63,902 nt of DNA, filler included, from Octopus bimaculoides (GCF_001194135.2; 8 parts of 7 records of this genome joined end to end with filler, not necessarily neighbours in it), one strand, 5' to 3'; numbered from the whole stretch's first letter, positions 13,430 through 27,112 are shown. The notes: generated by a model not told the origin, from the sequence alone. Made by a program: numbers and translations.

Positions 13430-13710
13430 GGCGGCGAGCTGGCAGAAACGCTAGTACGCCGGGCAAAATGCTTAGCGGGATTTCGTTTGCCGCTACGTTC
13501 TGAGTTCAAATTCCACCGAGGTCGACTTTGCCTTTCATCCTTTCGGGGTCGATTAAATAAGTACCAGTTACGCACTGGGGTCGATATAATTGACTTAATC
13601 CGTTTGTCTGTCCTTGTTTGTCCTCTCTGTGTTTAGCCCCTTGTGGGTTATAAAGAAATAAGAAACGTTAGCACGCCGTGCGAAATGCTTAGCGGTATTT
13701 CGTCTGCGCC
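13430..13710 (+). mobile_element. SINE family A variant plus a second head fragment
   Basis: GGCGGCGAGCTGGCAGAA head, A core, alternative tail, then a repeated AAACGTTAGCACGCCG...CGGTATTTCGTC. Confidence 0.85.
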
Positions 13711-13714
13711 TCCA

Positions 13715-14020
13715 CGCACTTTCTGCAATTTTGTGCAGGCCCTGAGCAGGTATCACCATGACAACTTTCTCTGTTGTAGTCAATGCAACGATCACACGCT
13801 ACATACCTTCCTTTGAAGCACTGCTGTAAACAGCGGAAGTGAGCTAGAACGGATACTTATTGATCAGTCGTCGTACTCTCGCAGGATTACTCATTCAGCC
13901 GGCTGAGTGGACTAGAGCAAAGAGAAATAAATGTCTTGCCCAAGAACATAACGCATTGCCCGGACCAGGAATAGAAACTACAATCTTACGATTATGGGTA
14001 CAACATTTCAACCACTAAGC
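13715..14020 (-). mobile_element. SINE family D
   Basis: Minus-strand tRNA-like head GCTTAGTGGTT...GTTTCTATTCC then TTCTTGGGCAAGACATTTATTTC. Confidence 0.65.
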
Positions 14021-14917
14021 TTCTGGGGGTGGGAGCACGTGTATGTGTCTGTCTGACTGTATGTGTGCGTGTATGTGTGTTTGTGCGTGTTCACATGCGT
14101 ACCTGTGCTTGTGCGCGGATGAGTAAAGAGCGAGAGGAGAAGAGGAGGAAGTGTGGAGATAAAAAGAGGTAGCGATAATAGTAGTGGTAATATATGGAGA
14201 AGAAAATAAAATTTCTTAGAACCAAACTAAATGTCAATACGTATTGATTAATTTAATTAACTGGCTAATTTCCTCCACTAATTCTTTCAATATTGATTTA
14301 TTATTCAAGAAAACTTCTACAGTTTTGTAAAAACAAAAAGAGTAAAAGAAACTAAAACGCTGTAAATTCACTTCTTTTAGAAGACCCTTAAATGCATGGC
14401 AGGTGATAATTAACCCTAACCAAGTATTAAATCCGGATCATGAACTCCGCTTACTACAGCATTGTAATAAGCAACATAAAATCCACAGTAAGAATAAGGA
14501 CAGGTACATTTATGTAAGAAATAATTTGTGAAGTTCGTTTTGCTGAGCCTGACGTTTTGTGAAAAAAGCAATTAGAATCGTTGCAATTAATCTACCGTTC
14601 TCTCCCCTTTTCTTTCCCTCCTCTCTCTCTCTTTCTTTCTTTGCATATAAAGTGAGAGATAGGGATATATATATATATATANNNNNNNNNNNNNNNNNNN
14701 NNNNNNNNNNNNNNNNNNNNNNNNNNNNNNNNNNNNNNNNNNNNNNNNNNNNNNNNNNNNNNNNNNNNNNNNNNNNNNNNNNNNNNNNNNNNNNNNNNNN
14801 NNNNNNNNNNNNNNNNNNNNNNNNNNNNNNNNNNNNNNNNNNNNNNNNNNNNNNNNNNNNNNNNNNNNNNNNNNNNNNNNNNNNNNNNNNNNNNNNNNNN
14901 NNNNNNNNNNNNNNNNN

Positions 14918-14960
<43 letters not shown>

Positions 14961-15139
14961 TGCACACACATTCGCAAATTCAGAATTATAGAAATTTAAA
15001 TTTAAAGCGTGAACAAGAGCAACCATCGTCCGCACGTTGATGGAATGACATCATCAGTTTTTAAGTTTCAATTTTATAACAAGCGAAAAGAAAAAGAAAG
15101 AAAAAAAGATAGAAAGACAGCGAAAAGAAAACAAAAAGA

Positions 15140-15235
15140 AAAATATTTAATCAAACATGATTATCCCCAAATAAAACGATATCTGTTTCAATACACGAAT
15201 TCACATCAAGAATCTTGCAAAACGAATATATAAAC
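15140..15235 (+). repeat. Decayed copy of the short repeat at 35.6/36.6 kb
   Basis: CCCCAAATAAAACG...TTCAATACACGAATTCACATCAAGAATCTTGCAAAAC resembles CCCCAGACACAAC...TTCAACACACGAACTCACATAAAGAATCTTGCAAACC. Confidence 0.6.
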
Positions 15236-15249
15236 GTAATTTAATCAAA

Positions 15250-15715
15250 CAGTTTTGTATAAATTTGGTAATATTCTCCTGTCATTTTACTCAATCCTCC
15301 AGGGCGTGCTGCTAATGATCTGCAAAAATATTTCTCCTCGTGCATTTTGAGAAATGAAAGTGAAGCAGATTCACAATATTTTCTGAGAATATGCATTTTC
15401 AAGTTTTTTCAAAATTGCAGCCGTTTGAAACAAAATATTCGACAAGTTCTGTCGAACTACTGTTATTGTGCCTGACGTCATATCTCTGACCATTAAATCG
15501 TATGTTTAATTGTTTTGTTGTACAACCAACATAAATCAAGTTGTGTTTGGTGCATTCTTTCGCGTACACCACACGGGAATCTCTACATGTCCCACCTTCT
15601 GTATAAATCATAACATTTCTGTTACGATTCCTGATGGAATTCACTTTGACTCATGTTATTGCACAATGGACAGGGCTTATCTCTCTTGTGACTGTTTTTC
15701 AAGGTACAGCGTGTA
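15250..15715 (-). mobile_element. Penelope-like GIY-YIG endonuclease fragment (third lineage)
   Basis: DKPCPLCNNM...GGTCRDSRVVYAKECTKHNLIYVGCTTKQLNIRFNGQRYDVRH: VY...YVG.T GIY-YIG signature with an upstream CxxC. Confidence 0.8.
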
Positions 15716-15786
15716 GATACTCCAATGTTCGTTTTCTTCGGGTCAGAAATAGAGCTCAATAATTCTCTTATACTTTTATTCTGTCA

Positions 15787-16169
15787 AAAGGCTACAATAG
15801 GCGGCTGAAGAAACATCTGTTTGAAAAGAGGATATCTTTTTCGCCACATGCTGGTAACTTTCGCGCAACACTTTTGAAATGCCAGCGAAATTTCGGTGCT
15901 ATTTAATCACTAAAGAAATTATACGTGAAGGTTTGACTATCTTTACTAATCTTAGCTATTTCATTGAAATAGCTAAGATTAGCAATGATAGTCAAACCTT
16001 CACGCATAATTTTAGCAAACACAGTACAATAGATGACAGAATTAGATTAGTGATTAACTGGCACCAAAATGTCGCTAGCATTTCAAAAGTGTCGCATGAA
16101 AGTTACCAGCATGTGGCGAAAAAATATCCTCGTTTCAAACTGATATTTCCTCAGTCGCCTATTGCAGCC

Positions 16170-16172
<3 letters not shown>
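15787..16172. mobile_element. Palindromic foldback MITE-like element (~385 bp)
   Basis: 15787-15913 pairs with 16047-16172 and 15916-15962 pairs with 15966-16012. Confidence 0.8.
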
Positions 16173-16242
<70 letters not shown>

Positions 16243-16464
16243 TTTTCGTATATTCATATGCACACAAGATTAGACTATTGGAAAAGACAAATTCCTAACA
16301 TCGCGCAAAAGCAAGTAAACTTAGATGTCAAGAATCCTCCTGAGTATTCTAGCTGTTCCTAATAACATTGTTTTCTGGAGCTGTATGAAACTGGGTTTTA
16401 TGCCTGTTTCTGCTATTCATCTGTTCGAATCTTTAAGAATAGTTCCCAATGCACCTATTCTTAA

Positions 16465-16604
16465 AGCTTCCTTACCAACCACATGGTTCTGGGTTCAGTC
16501 CCACTATGTGGCATCTTAGGCAAGTGTCTTCTACTATAGCCTCGGGCCGACCAAAACCTTGTGAGTGGATTTGGTAGACGGAAACTGAAAAGAAGCCCGT
16601 CGTA

Positions 16605-16696
<92 letters not shown>

Positions 16697-16915
16697 TGTG
16701 TGTATGAGTTTGTGTGTCTGGTTTGTTCCCCCAACATCGCTTGACAACCGATGCTGGTGTGTTTACGTCCCCGTAACTTAGCGGTTCGGCAAAAGAGACC
16801 GATAGAATAAGTACTAGGCTTACAAAGAATAAGTCCTGGGGTCGATTTGCTCAACTAAAGTCAGTGCTCCAGCCTGGCCACAGTCAAAAGACTGAAACAA
16901 GTAAAAGAGTAAAAA
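16465..16915 (+). mobile_element. SINE family B, near full length, long internal (TA)n(TG)n
   Basis: Matches the other family B copies. Confidence 0.9.
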
Positions 16916-17179
16916 TGTATACAAATAATGTTATACATTTAGGAGGAAAAATGATAATAATTTTATATAAATAAGGCCGAATTAGAATTATAATAACCGT
17001 AAAAGAAATGGTTATGGAAACTTCTCGAGATGTTGCGCTGATTACCTGCTTAATGCTGCTATAAGTACACTTGTAAAGTACTATCCCTACAGTTCTAAGA
17101 TTTGTTCCTGTTGGAACTATTTGTAAGTTTGAGACGGATTTTAATTTGACTTTCATCTTGGATGATTCACACTTCACAT

Positions 17180-17278
<99 letters not shown>

Positions 17279-18129
17279 GCCTGTAGACATTGCCATAATA
17301 GTTTGGATGTTATGTTCTCGTGTCGCACGTATAATGGTTATTGTGTTAGTCATTTCACAGGTATGAAACCGAGAATTTAAATTTGTCATAGTGTTTAATA
17401 TTTAGCTGTATTCAAAAGCAATACATATCTACATGCACATTGGCATATGTATATAATAAAATACACACATGTATATGTATGAATATTGTCAAACACCCAA
17501 ACCCACACCCACACCCATATATATATATATATATATANNNNNNNNNNNNNNNNNNNNNNNNNNNNNNNNNNNNNNNNNNNNNNNNNNNNNNNNNNNNNNN
17601 NNNNNNNNNNNNNNNNNNNNNNNNNNNNNNNNNNNNNNNNNNNNNNNNNNNNNNNNNNNNNNNNNNNNNNNNNNNNNNNNNNNNNNNNNNNNNNNNNNNN
17701 NNNNNNNNNNNNNNNNNNNNNNNNNNNNNNNNNNNNNNNNNNNNNNNNNNNNNNNNNNNNNNNNNNNNNNNNNNNNNNNNNNNNNNNNNNNNNNNNNNNN
17801 NNNNNNNNNNNNNNNNNNNNNNNNNNNNNNNNNNNNNNNNNNNNNNNNNNNNNNNNNNNNNNNNNNNNNNNNNNNNNNNNNNNNNNNNNNNNNNNNNNNN
17901 NNNNNNNNNNNNNNNNNNNNNNNNNATATATATATATATATATATAAATATATATAATCATATTAATGTGCATGTATGTATGTATGTATCTATGTACGTA
18001 ACTATAAATATGTATATGTATATAAGTTTGTATGTATTAATGAATGGATGGATGGAAGTTAATGTGTAAAGCACTTGATAACCATATATCATGCAGAGAA
18101 TAGCTTTGACATTTGAATATACGCTGACT

Positions 18130-18287
18130 TTTGATGATGATGATGATGATGACGAAGGGGGTAGTGGCAGTGGTGGTGGTAGTGGCAGTGATTGCGGAAG
18201 TGGTGGATTTGTGGTGGTAGTGATGGTGGCGGTGGTGTAGAGGATGAGGATATTACTAAAAGTAGTAGCAGCAGTAGCAGTAGCAGA

Positions 18288-18385
<98 letters not shown>

Positions 18386-18400
18386 CAGCAGCAGCAGTAA
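18130..18400. repeat. Compound trinucleotide microsatellite field (GAT/GGT/AAT/AGT/GCA)
   Basis: Directly visible. Confidence 0.9.
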
Positions 18401-18996
18401 TATTGTCTCTGTATGACATATTGACTGGCATATGAAACTGCAGAAACGTGTGACTAAGAAAATTCAAAGGTAATATATATATATATACACACACACACAC
18501 ACGCAAACATAAGTAAATAGCAAGCGCATATAATATATATCGTATAATAACAAAATATACGCGTAAATTTATATATAATTTTTAACTTGATAACAGGACT
18601 ATGAAGTTCTTCGTTTTCTGAGTTGATCTTTTATATAGCATTTCCGTTCATCGTTTTAATATCTAAATTGTTATTGGAATCTTGTAACAAACAAGTAGTT
18701 TCCATGCTCTGTTTCTGAACTATTCATTTTAATGCAACGCATCTATTTCCACTCCAGAAATTATAGAAATAGTGAACTGCTGTCACCCTACCTGTGAATG
18801 AGTGTTTCCGTTTTCGATCTTCCTTAAGCCTTTAACATTCAGATTGCTGTGTCAAATGCAATAAACCTTAGTGTTAACTACTTTAATTACTCTTACATTA
18901 ATCATGCACTCCTTCATAGTTTTGAAATTTCCTCTATGTGGTTATTTATTTAGTTTTAGAATGACAGATTTAATGTGACAGACTGGATCTGGACAG

Positions 18997-19296
18997 TTTG
19001 TACAGAAAACAGACACGGGATTGCACCGAGAAAAGTACCCTCCGAAGCACAAGTGCGATCAAGGTTGTTTATGGAAGACCAGCAGTCACCTATGCATACT
19101 AGCCTCCCCTCACCGCGCCACCGATGTTATCCAAGGGAAAGACAAATGCTGATACAGCGTGGCATTAGTGACGTCGCAACTCACTTCCACGGCTGAGTGA
19201 ACTGGAGCAGCGTGAAATAAAGTGTTTTGCTCAAGAACACAACATACAGCCCGGTACCGGAATCGAACTCACTACATCATGATTATGAGCCCGGCC
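18997..19296 (-). mobile_element. SINE family D
   Basis: Minus strand GAGTTCGATTCC B box followed by TTCTTGAGCAAAACACTTTATTTCACG. Confidence 0.75.
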
Positions 19297-20384
19297 CAGT
19301 TTAAATGCTGAAGGGCTAAGCACTTATTTCACTGATATCACCGAATTTCTTAAATCGCTGCAAATTGTCAGAGCACTTAGAGCATCGTATAAAAAATCCT
19401 TTGTGGTGTGTTGTTCAATTCTCTACGCCCTGACTTCAAATATAATAAGCCATATGTTCTCTTCAAGACACCTTTGAATCGGCCTTTGAATTGAATTAAC
19501 ACTACTTTCAATCTTTCAAGCTTTTAATATAGTCATATGTCACAATGTCAAAGATTCAGTATAATAAAGTGCCAAGTAAATGAACTGAGAATAGAAGGAA
19601 TCAGAAAATGACTTGCTTTCAAAATGTACATTGATAAATGTAGTATCATTAATATATACTGTACGTAGATCGAGTAACCAGAATTAGTCTAGAAAATGAA
19701 TTAGAAACAAGCTGAGACAGAATGAAGAATATAACACATACATACATGCATATATATATATATATATANNNNNNNNNNNNNNNNNNNNNNNNNNNNNNNN
19801 NNNNNNNNNNNNNNNNNNNNNNNNNNNNNNNNNNNNNNNNNNNNNNNNNNNNNNNNNNNNNNNNNNNNNNNNNNNNNNNNNNNNNNNNNNNNNNNNNNNN
19901 NNNNNNNNNNNNNNNNNNNNNNNNNNNNNNNNNNNNNNNNNNNNNNNNNNNNNNNNNNNNNNNNNNNNNNNNNNNNNNNNNNNNNNNNNNNNNNNNNNNN
20001 NNNNNNNNNNNNNNNNNNNNNNNNNNNNNNATTTTTGGGGTGTTTTAATTAATTTACATGTTTCGGTTTTTTGAAAAACCATATCAAAAATGAATATAAA
20101 ATATGTGTGAAGAGAAAAGGGCTATTAATAAAATAAAATTGAAATTAAAATTAAGAATGACATTCATAGTTTACTGTTATTTCTTGCATGCGCACGTGGT
20201 CCTATCCTTGAACATGGTAATTCCAACTAGTTCTTTTAGTAGATTACTACTATCTGTTTTAGTAAATTAAATAGTGGTCAGGGAGGGATTCTAGGAGTGG
20301 TAGCTGTCAAATAACTAGCAGCAGTCATGAACAGTAACTTTTTAGGGTGCAATAGTGGGGTTTGTGTAGTTTTTAGGTGACCCT

Positions 20385-21048
20385 GCTACATCTAATCACT
20401 GTCCTGTTTTCCCGCTTTTGTTAAAGAGTATCCCTTTCTCATCACAAGTAACAAATTGATGCAAAAATGATCTTTTTCCAGTCGAGAAAGCAATAAAGAA
20501 CGCACTTCAAGGCGTCAGATTTTTTAATCTTGTTCAGTTGATGTGGAACAAACCTATCCATTTTCTTGACGTTTCCAATTTTTTACAGGTGTCCAAAACC
20601 AGTTGTGCGCTATGTTTGGAGTTCTGATGAAAGTTTTCGAACCTTTGTTCTCGGATTTTGTTCAACCAAAGCATTTAATCCACCATGCCGAATAACTGAT
20701 TTTGGCCTACCCCTTGGTTTATTTTCAAGGCTATCATCTCTTGAACGAGAGCTTTGGAACCTTCTCTGAAGAGTTCTCATGTCAACAAAACCATTACCAA
20801 AGCCCTGCTTGATATTCCATAAAGCTTCTGCGGCAGAGTGACCCAGTTTGTATTCATACGAGAAAATCACTCAACATAGTTTGGTTGTTATCATTTTCAT
20901 AAGGTCTGTGGGTACGAATTTTGTATACCAATATTGTTGGGAAAGAAAAAGAGTCAATATTAAATGCAAGGTATACATAATTGAGTTTTTAAATGACTGA
21001 AATAACAAGTAATTAAAAATGCGTCATTTCATGTGAAACAACATTATA
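20385..21048 (-). mobile_element. Mariner transposon relic, 5' half
   Basis: YEYKLGHSAAEA..NI...FG..TLQRRF..SLENKPRGRP (HTH), FVPHQL (WVPHxL) and VTCDEK motifs; TIR-like end at 21015-21048. Confidence 0.85.
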
Positions 21049-21552
21049 TTTTCCACTGAGCCGGAAAGGATCAAATGCAAAGTTAACCTCAGCGAGATAT
21101 AGAGTCGAAACAAATACCGTGAACCATTTTCTCCAGCATGCTCTCTTTCAGTTTGTANNNNNNNNNNNNNNNNNNNNNNNNNNNNNNNNNNNNNNNNNNN
21201 NNNNNNNNNNNNNNNNNNNNNNNNNNNNNNNNNNNNNNNNNNNNNNNNNNNNNNNNNNNNNNNNNNNNNNNNNNNNNNNNNNNNNNNNNNNNNNNNNNNN
21301 NNNNNNNNNNNNNNNNNNNNNNNNNNNNNNNNNNNNNNNNNNNNNNNNNNNNNNNNNNNNNNNNNNNNNNNNNNNNNNNNNNNNNNNNNNNNNNNNNNNN
21401 NNNNNNNNNNNNNNNNNNNNNNNNNNNNNNNNNNNNNNNNNNNNNNNNNNNNNNNNNNNNNNNNNNNNNNNNNNNNNNNNNNNNNNNNNNNNNNNNNNNN
21501 NNNNNNNNNNNNNNNNNNNNNNNNNNNNNNNNNNNNNNNNNNNNNNNNNNNN

Positions 21553-21589
<37 letters not shown>

Positions 21590-23836
21590 TTCATACGTAC
21601 GTACATAATGCATACACCCGTTCCTATATAAATATATGTGCGTACGTATGTGTATATATACACCTATATATATTGACATACCAACGCTACGCACACGCAC
21701 CTATGCACACACACTCACAGATATGTATGAATAAACAACGAAGTATAAACGACTAACTTATAGCGACGAAAATGTTTAAAATAAAGATAACATAAAATTA
21801 AAAGAAATATCCCACGAAGAAAAATGAAAGCAGCTCTTCAATATGTACTAAAAGAAAAATTATCTCCTCTTTTGTCAGTATTCTGCAAGACTGAGAGGAA
21901 GTGAGCCAATATGCAATGCAGCAATGACTCATACTAGAACGAAAGACAAAAGCGAAAGGTTACAGTTTGAACTTCATTGATCAATAGCTAGCCACAAAAA
22001 ATGTACCAGAGTAATACAATGTCACATAAACACCACACTGATGATTACAACTAATTTTGCATGCAATCAAAAGACAAAAAACATGACACATCAATGACAC
22101 AAGACATATTCTTTATATCATACACAATCACCTCTTAACGCTACATAAAATATTTTGCAATCCTACTTAGCAAAGCTACATTTAAATATATATAAGAAAA
22201 CAAAATCGACAACATAGAAAGAAAATTAGCTATAACGTTTCGATACCCACGACTATATAGATAGCGAGAAGATAAACTTTATGACTCAATTTCATTTGTT
22301 GGTCCATTTAAAATGCGACATTAAGTATAAAATATAATCATTTTATATACAAACATTCTTCGAAATATTTAGAATTTTATTAATCTTACTTCTACGTTTG
22401 TTTTCAGAAAAGTAGTTGGGAGAGTTATTGAAATTATGTTTGTATTTCTTCGCGAAGGCCTAATATATAATCTTTTAAAATTGTTTACTTAAAAACTTTT
22501 GTTGCAAAAAATATTTTATTTCATATTCTACAAATCAAATATAGACATTGTACAATATTTGTATTGAACAATATTAACATTATAGGTAGATGATGTCTCT
22601 GTAAACAACTTTCTTAGAGAAGGTTATGTTACCCTTATTATGGTGTAGCTAATTTGAAGGAGTTTTGGTTGCTGCTTCTAGCAGATCCAGTAACGACATA
22701 AACGCTCTCACAATCGTGAACATGTGTATGTTAGTAATATTCGTCGAAAATGACAAATGTCAAAGTGAATTTTTATATATGATAATTTTGTTCAAAATGT
22801 TTATGCACATTGTAGTGAAATATCTTAGCCAAAACATTCTCGTATATAAACAAAATGGTAAATCCGTTTAGCTAAATTATTTTAATTCAAACGAAGGAAT
22901 GTTTTAATGATTTATTTAAAATTATACAGTCGTTGAATGTTAACCAATATTTAGTTGGAAAATAATACAATTACTTTACAAACAGGCGAACTGACTGAAG
23001 TTTTATTCTTTTTAATAAAATAGTTAACGCGACTCAAACGTAAGGAGCTTCATATTATTCTTAAGTGTTAGAAGGGCATTCAGTAAACTGGAATGTGTTA
23101 CAGAATTAACTGATTTATTAACTGATAATTTTAATATATCTGTCAATTTTTATTATTACCGTTTTTTCTTGCAGTCGCTTTGTCGTTTTTACTTTCCTTT
23201 CATCACACCTAATGTACTGAAGAGTGAATATTCATTGTCAGTTTTTCAGAACCGAAGCTGTTGACTTTCACAAAGAAGAAAACATAAACCTTTTTTTTTT
23301 TTCTTGTACTGCATAGGAAAATTCAATGAATAAATTGAATAAATACACTAAATTTTATTTCGTTTCACGAAATAAATTTCTTGAAAATAATCTAAAGATA
23401 GCATGTGTTGAACGGACAGAGAGGTAGAAGAACAGAGAATAAAGGCTCGTATTTAATATAGACTTGTAAAAGCAGGTTACAGATTTGGGGAAAAGCGGAG
23501 TAGCCGTTACTACTGAACCCACTATTTCACTGGTAATGTATTTTATCGAACCCGAATTGATGAAATGTAAAGTAATAATAGTAACAAAAACCAGAACAAC
23601 ATCAGCAACAATGAGAACAAACAAAAGCAAAAAATATAATTACAAAAATAATTCTTTCTAATTTTGCCACAGTATTTAGGGGGTGGGGCATTTAGATTAG
23701 CTCGGCCTGAATACATGAGTAAGTAATTTATTTTAAACAGTAAAGCGAGTAGCCACATCAAAGCGGTAGTTGTATGTTACTACTACAGGGTGATTCAAAA
23801 GTCACCATACATAGAGAAAATTAAATTTTGTTATAA

Positions 23837-24218
23837 TGTTGTTATTGGCCCTCCGTCGGTTACGACGTCGAGGGTTCCAATTGATCCGAGCAACGGAACA
23901 GCCTGCTCGTGAAATTAACGTGCAAGTGGCTGAGCACTCCACTAACACGTCTACCCTTAACGTAGTTCTCGGGGATATTCAGCTTGATACACTGTGACAA
24001 GGCTGACCCTTTGAATTACAGGCACAACAGGAAGTAAAAATGAGAGAAAGTTGTGGTGAAAGAGTTCAGCAGGGTTCGCCCCCACCTCCTGCCGGAGCTT
24101 CGTGGAACTTTAGGTGTTTTCGCTCAATAAACACTCACAACGCCCGGTCTGGGAATCGAAACCGCGATCTTATGACTGCGAGTCCGCTGCCCTAACCACT
24201 GGGCCATTGCGCCTCCAC
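23837..24218 (-). mobile_element. SINE family C, full length
   Basis: About 90% like 11574-11964 by eye. Confidence 0.9.
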
Positions 24219-24788
24219 AACCACGTCAATAACAACAAAACAAAAAGAGCTAAAGTAAAAAGAAACAGAAATATTAAGGACAAAATGTAAATAAAAATAT
24301 AGAGGAAATATATTGCAAAAAACAAAAAGAATGAGTAAAAGTACAAAAATAATAGAATGAAAATTATAACACGTTTAACGGAATAGTGTGTGATAACGAC
24401 ATCAAGACAGTCACTACCTGAAATTAAATATATTTCTGAGCCAAGTTTGGTTATTTGATAATGTAATGGTGCCGCCATCTTTACGCCATTCAGCGTCTAA
24501 GAAACAATGTCCGCCGTTGTTTTTCTGCGGTCAATACGTTTACCTTTCCTTCACTATGTTTATCATTTTTATTCTCGCCCTATTACTCTTGTTTTGTTTT
24601 TGTTTTTTTTTTAGTTAATACTTTCTATTTTCCTTATTGCTTTTATATTCTTATTTCTTTTCATATTTTTTTTTCATCCTCGGGTTTTCTTCGCTAACAT
24701 TAATTCTGTTTCCAGAAACTGTCATTTTCAACGAGTGATGCGATGGAAATCACTCAATCTTCAGCACTCACATTTATCTCTTTATTAT

Positions 24789-24994
24789 TCTCTTTTACTC
24801 TCTTTTACTCGTTTCAGTCATTTGACTGCGGCCATGCTGGAGCACCACCTTTAGTCGAGAAAAGCGACCCCAGGACTTATTCTTTGTAAGCCTAGTACTT
24901 ATTCTATCGGTCTCTTTTTGCCGAACCGCTATGTTACGAGGACGTAAACACACCAGCATTGGTTGTCAAGCGATGGTGGGGGGACAAACACAGA
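24789..24994 (-). mobile_element. SINE family B 3' half
   Basis: Reverse complement of the family B tail and core; ends at a gap. Confidence 0.85.
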
Positions 24995-25094
24995 NNNNNN
25001 NNNNNNNNNNNNNNNNNNNNNNNNNNNNNNNNNNNNNNTTAATTAATTAANNNNNNNNNNNNNNNNNNNNNNNNNNNNNNNNNNNNNNNNNNNN

Positions 25095-25478
25095 ATAGAA
25101 TGTGTACTGTATGTGATCGCGTTCTTCTGTCAAAAGCAGGATATGTGAATCACATGAAAACACATGAGGGTAGAAATTCCAGACACCCTAAATACCAACC
25201 GCCTTCTGCGACCTGTGGCATATGTCACAAGGTTTGTAAAACAATACCCGGACTTAAGAGACATATGCTGGTTCACAGAGGCGTTTCCTTAGAATCAGAT
25301 ACCAGCGAGCAAGGATCAAGAGGCTTGAACATTTGTCATCTGTGCTGTAGACCTTGTCGCTCAGCAGCCGGACTTCAAAGTCACTTGAGGGCTCACCAAC
25401 GGAGTGATTGTACTGCGTGATGATATGTGTGGATTGTTGATGGGATGGCTATCGTCTGTCAAGATGGAGCGGTCGTCA
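25095..25478 (+). mobile_element. ORF end with three C2H2 zinc fingers, probably the 3' end of an RTE/RTE-X-type LINE
   Basis: Three CxxC-x12-HxxxH units without TGEKP linkers; the last reads CRSAAGLQSHLRAH; stop at 25420, ~60-nt 3' UTR, then (TA)n; the frame is open into the upstream gap. Confidence 0.65.
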
Positions 25479-25496
25479 TATATACATATATATATA

Positions 25497-26070
25497 CGTT
25501 ACTATCTTAAGGATCGCAATAAACAATTTGATTTGGAATGGAATATACTATATAAATCATTTCTGTATGATAAAGGTGAATCTTTCTGTCCGCTTTGTAA
25601 CGATGAAATGTATTTCATCTTGTTCTCAGATAATCATCTTGTAAGCACGTGTAAAGAACGCGTTTATTGTTGCAAACATTGGCAAAAACATACCTTTAGT
25701 TCCTATAAGTGATTTCTACCATTCTATAAAATTTGACCTTTTATAAATATAGATTAAGCACTTGTATTAAATGTTAATTTAAGGTTTAATATGTAATTGT
25801 AAATGCCTTGCAACGTTGCAACTGCTACGAAAATTATTAACTGGTAATTGAAAGATAAATGTGTAAAGTAAGATGATCTTAGTGTTATCACATTAGAATT
25901 TAATGTGAAAGAATAAAAAGTGACACAATATTATATCACATTACAATATAGATGTTATTGTTTCACTTTTGACACGTAATACAGAACCACTCTGAGAGAT
26001 TGCTCCCGGCCCGCATTAGGCAAGAAGTTGAAAATTCCAATGAAATCGGTTGGGTCGTTCTCGTGTTTTA
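25497..26070 (+). mobile_element. Penelope-like GIY-YIG C-terminal fragment plus AT-rich 3' region
   Basis: LKDRNKQFDLEWNIL...YDKGESFCPLCNDEMYFILFS...CCKHWQKHTF, same lineage as the 39.9 and 58 kb copies. Confidence 0.8.
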
Positions 26071-26709
26071 GGGCTTCACAAATATAGACATTCTCAGTTT
26101 TATATATATATAGACATTTAACGCATAGCCTCAGCCTAATGACTGAAACAAGTTAAATACAAATGATAAAAGAATTCATCCGAAATTTTGAGATCGTAGC
26201 TCAAGAAAAATATTGAATGGGCAGTAAAATTCTATAAATTTACCCAATATTATCTCATCTATTTTATTGGACTCGTTTCTTTATTGCATCAATGAAAGTT
26301 TCGAAATAATTTTCCAGATTGTCTACAATTTCGTGACTCGATATCTCAATCTTAATGTTTAGATGAAATTGATAGGCAAATATTCATTTTCTGGGTATAA
26401 ATACACATCGACCGCTAGTTTCGCCTAACACTGAAGTGCAGGTCTGCATGACCAACAGCTGTCAACACATTATATAAAGCATTTTTCACTCTCTGTTTCG
26501 TTCTTCTCTCTTTTAATGTGTGTGTGTATCCCAAACCGTTCTCGTCCCAGACAAAGAGAGAAGGAAAGGACATATTAACAAGTGTCTGGTATTTCGTATC
26601 TATAAACAACACCTGCTGCTAAAGAGTGAGAGAGAGAGGGGTTAGAGAAAGAAAGAACATTTCGAATCGACAGCTATCTGAATGGAGATCAAAGAGTAAA
26701 TTACATATC

Positions 26710-27064
26710 GTGGCACTCGGTCGGTTACGACGACGAGAGTTCCAGTTGATCCGATCAACGGAACAGCCTGCTCGTAAAATTAACGTGCAAGTGGCTGAGC
26801 ACTCCACAGACACGTGTACCCTTAACGTAGTCCTCGGGGAGATTCAGCGTGACACAGTGTGTGACAAGGCTGGCCCCTTCGAAATACAGGTACAACAGAA
26901 ACAGGAAGAAATAGTGAGAAAAAACTGTGGTTCGCCACCACCACCTGGTGGAGCTTCAGGTGTTTTCGCTCAATAAACATTCACAACGCCCGGTCTGGGG
27001 ATCGAAACCGCGATCCTATGACCGCGAATCCGCTGCCCTAACCACTGGGCCATTGTGCCTCCAC
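26710..27064 (-). mobile_element. SINE family C with an internal deletion
   Basis: Matches the other family C copies. Confidence 0.9.
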
Positions 27065-27112
27065 GGTAAATTACATATAACTGAAATATACTGAAATATA
27101 CTGAATTATATG

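Noticed and set aside
16884-17216. 110-aa minus-strand ORF with an Ig-like/TM look
   Set aside because: Starts in a microsatellite, ends in a SINE tail, no convincing splice sites.
25985-26065. CTGAGAGA...GAAATCGGTT possible hammerhead
   Set aside because: Needs several indels to fit; stems unsupported.
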